Positions 61,290 to 64,000 of a DNA stretch of 64,000 bases are shown in pieces. A model generated the notes under the pieces. That model was not told the origin of the DNA, did no database searches, and saw only the letters and a program-made list of their open reading frames with translations. The DNA is from Felis catus (taxonomy: Eukaryota), in NCBI RefSeq assembly GCF_018350175.1, contig NC_058368.1, positions 119,414,001 to 119,478,000 of the forward strand, in the 5' to 3' direction. Position 1 is the first letter of the stretch, and the number at the start of each line of letters is the position of its first letter. The translations under genes were made by a program, and so were the position numbers.

Positions 61290-62230
61290 AAGATACTGGG
61301 AATTGAGTACCCTCACATAATGCTGGCAGGAGTATCAACTGGAGAAGGATTTTTGAAAAGCAAAGAATTTTGTTAATTTATTTTTAATTTATTTACTTTG
61401 AGTGAGAGAAAAGAGATCATGAGCGGGGAGGGGCAGAGGGAGAGGGAGAGAGAGAATCTCAAGCAGGCTCCACACTGTCAGCACAGAGCCTGATGCAAGG
61501 CTCCATCTCACCAACTGTGAGATCACAACCTCAGCCTAAGAGTCGGACGTTTAACTGACTGAACCACCCAGGAGCCCCGAAAAGCAAGGATAACTTCAAA
61601 TGCACATCCACTATGACCAACTCTTTCACTTCTAGGCAACTTTCTGCAAAACCAATCACATTTGTACCAAAAATATGTATAGAAATGTTTGCTCAGGCAT
61701 TGTTTGTAACATTAGTAACAGTCAATGTTATTCAAAGGCTTACTATACGCCAGTCATTGCTCTAAGTTATTTATAGGTTCTACCTACTTAAACCATACTC
61801 AAACCCATAAGGTATGTAAAATTATTGTTCCTATTTTTAAGGCCCAGAGAGGTTAAGTAACATGCCTAAGGTCACTTACTTAATAAGCAGGAGGAAATAT
61901 CCTAAATGTTCATCAATATGGTTCATCCAAACTAGGGAACTATGATGCCATAGTTTAAAAGAATAAGGTAAAGGCATTTATACCGATATGAATAGGTCTC
62001 TAAGACATAATTACAGGGGAAAAAACACTATGATCTCATCTCTATAAGATAAATGTGTGCACACACATACATATGCAGGTAAATGTGTGTAGAGGAATAA
62101 GGAAAGATGAGTTCTAAACTTCTGACAGTAATTAGTTACCTACCAGGATAGAGGAGATTAATCATATTTTGTTCTCTGTGTTTCTGAATCAAAATTTTAT
62201 ATGAAAATGCATTCTTATACTTCATGTATA
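61290..62230 (+). mobile_element. Old L1ME-like 3' region interrupted by a Can-SINE and a MIR (~61715-61890, -)
   Basis: aaatgcacatccactatgaccaa...cacttctagg, gaaatgtttgctcaggcattgtttgtaa and cctaaatgttcatcaata L1M motifs; MIR core ggcccagagaggttaagtaacatgcctaaggtcac. Confidence 0.7.
61367..61579 (-). mobile_element. Can-SINE
   Basis: SINEC body; flanking repeat gaaaagcaa(a/g)ga. Confidence 0.94.
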
Positions 62231-62894
62231 GTAAAAATTTTGAGAACACATTTTAATGTTTGAATTCTTATAAGGAAAAGTTCTCAGTTGAAAGCCTGGA
62301 AACTTACAAAAAGTTCAGGAAGTCAATTTGAGAGAAAAATCTAGAAATTTGGAGATTTAAGTATTCCTGCCTCAAGGTTATTCATCATTCACATCTATGC
62401 TGGGTATCAATGTTTTTTTTTAAATTTTATTTTTAGTTTAGTTTTTTGAATTATGATACATGACTTGGAAATTTCTCTAATGTTTGTAAGGAGAAATATT
62501 CACCCAAGTACTAATTTCTTTGCTCCTAAAGCAAGTTTCTACAATGGAATGTCCCTTCTCTTCAAGCTAGCCAGAACTGGTTCCATTGTGAGTTAACTCC
62601 AACAGAGCAGCTCTCTACAACTTCTGCTTTTGGGTTAACTGGGAAAAGAATCAGCTAGTATGCTGCCATAGTCCAGCCTGATCCTGTAACTACTAATGTT
62701 CTAAACTGTAGCCTTGCCTTGGCTGAGAACTGCCCATACTGCCATGTAACATAGATGACCAGACATGATGGCCTTGAGAGGTGGCTGATGACACATAGGG
62801 TCACCCTAATCCACCAGAACTACAGTGTCGGTGAGGAGTGGGACCAGATTCTCACTTAGGCCTTTCCATCATCATCTATTTTCACCACCAAGCC

Positions 62895-63022
62895 AATGAA
62901 TATGCAAGAATCCCCTACGGAGTTTGATATAAAACAGATTCCTGGACGCCATTCCCTAGAGATTCTGAATCAGTGCATCTGAGGTGGAGCCCAGGATTCT
63001 GCATGATTAATAGGTTTCTCTA
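62895..63022. mobile_element. MER5A fragment
   Basis: cagattcctggacgccattccctagagattctgaatcagtgcatctgaggtggagcccaggattctgcat. Confidence 0.85.
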
Positions 63023-63023
63023 A

Positions 63024-63527
63024 TATTGTAGGTAGAATAATGCTTCCTCACCAATAAAAAAGAGGTCCATATATTAGTCTTTGGGATTTGTGAATATATG
63101 AACTTACAAGGCAAAAGGACTTAGCAGATGTGTAAATTAAGGATTTTGAGATGAGGAGATTATTTTGGAGACTGTCTAGACGGGTCTGATGTAATCACAG
63201 GGTCCTTAAATGTGAAAGGGGAAGCAGAAAAGTCAGGGTAAAAGTGACAGAATAGAACAAAGACTCCACCAGCCATTGCTGGCTTTGAAGTTGGAAGGGG
63301 CCCACAATCCAAGGAATGCAGACAGCCACCAGGAGCTGGAAAAGACAAGAAAACAAATTGTCCCCTAAAGCCTCCAAAAGGAACACTAGACTGCTAACAC
63401 ATTGATTAGCTCAGTGAGACTCATTTAAGACTTCTGACCTATAGAACCGTAAGATAATAAATGTATGTTGTTTCAAGCCATTCAATTTGTGGTAATTTTG
63501 TTACTGCAGCAATAGAAGACCAATACA
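63024..63527 (+). mobile_element. MaLR solo LTR, MLT1C/D-like, full length
   Basis: gtaggtagaataatg...ggcaaaaggacttagcagatgtg...aagataataaatgtatgttgtttcaagcca...gcagcaatagaagaccaataca. Confidence 0.92.
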
Positions 63528-63544
63528 CATAAAGTTATGGTAAA

Positions 63545-64000
63545 AGTCCTTTGTCCTCTTTCCTCTCTATACTCTTTCTCATTGTAATGCCTTCCAATCT
63601 CATGGCTATAAGTATCATCTTTATGCCAAAGATCCCTAAATTTAAACTCTGCAAAACTTCCCTCCTGAATTCTAGACTCACATATCTAATGGCCTTCTCT
63701 ACATCTCCAACTGTAAATTAATACACACCTCAAGCTTGACCTGTCCCAAACTAAACTACTAATGTACTCTTTCCCTCCCTCCAAAATCTTCTCTACTCAC
63801 AGACTTCCCATCTTACTGAGGGTATCTCAGTTCCCCTCTTTCAGGACAAAACTGTGGAAGTCATTCTTCATGCTTCATATCCCATGTTTAATCCATCACA
63901 ATCCATGGAGTATCAGTCGGCACTGATAGGATTTCCAAACTATCGTACGAGTCCAATCATCTTTCATCATGTATCTATTGCCCTGGCTTGATCGTCAACT
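63545..64000 (+). mobile_element. L2 fragment
   Basis: cctgaattctagactcacatatctaatggccttctctacatctcca...cacctcaagcttgacctgtcccaaactaaact. Confidence 0.85.

Noticed and set aside
1715..63386. The many 60-160 aa ORFs in the six-frame track
   Set aside because: Apart from L1 ORF2 remnants they are antisense L1, SINE-derived (e.g. GAPGWRSRLSVRLQPG), microsatellite-derived (HTHT, ERER, KKER) or random; many start at non-ATG codons and none resembles a known protein.
3205..63527. LTR orientation bias (7 of 9 on +) hinting at a minus-strand host gene
   Set aside because: Not significant (two-sided binomial p about 0.18) and L1 copies show no matching bias.

Overview
Mammalian (felid, cat-family) non-coding DNA, identified by 15 tRNA-derived Can-SINEs of the SINEC_Fc type and felid/carnivore LINE-1 3' ends. 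I find no credible host protein-coding exon, RNA gene or CpG-island promoter. The only protein-like ORFs are decayed LINE-1 ORF2 remnants (1-1.3 kb +, 18.0-18.6 kb +, 40.9-43.1 kb -, 49.9-50.3 kb +). The window is intergenic or deep-intronic and made of layered transposons (young SINEC/L1; older MaLR, ERVL and ERV1 solo LTRs; ancient L2, MIR, CR1, hAT) plus microsatellites. Repeat family names come from recalled consensus motifs and need RepeatMasker/Dfam confirmation; boundaries of old elements are approximate. I found no evidence of a new multi-gene system. The best leads are: an orphan ~1.4-1.9 kb block resembling a displaced mRNA 3'UTR (9.9-11.8 kb), a 300-bp unique segment between perfect 20-bp direct repeats (60.76-61.10 kb), a probable L1 micro 3'-transduction (23.4 kb), an intact TA-flanked Tc1/mariner-type MITE (35.26-35.51 kb) and a palindromic CTCF-like site inside a Can-SINE (46.44 kb).
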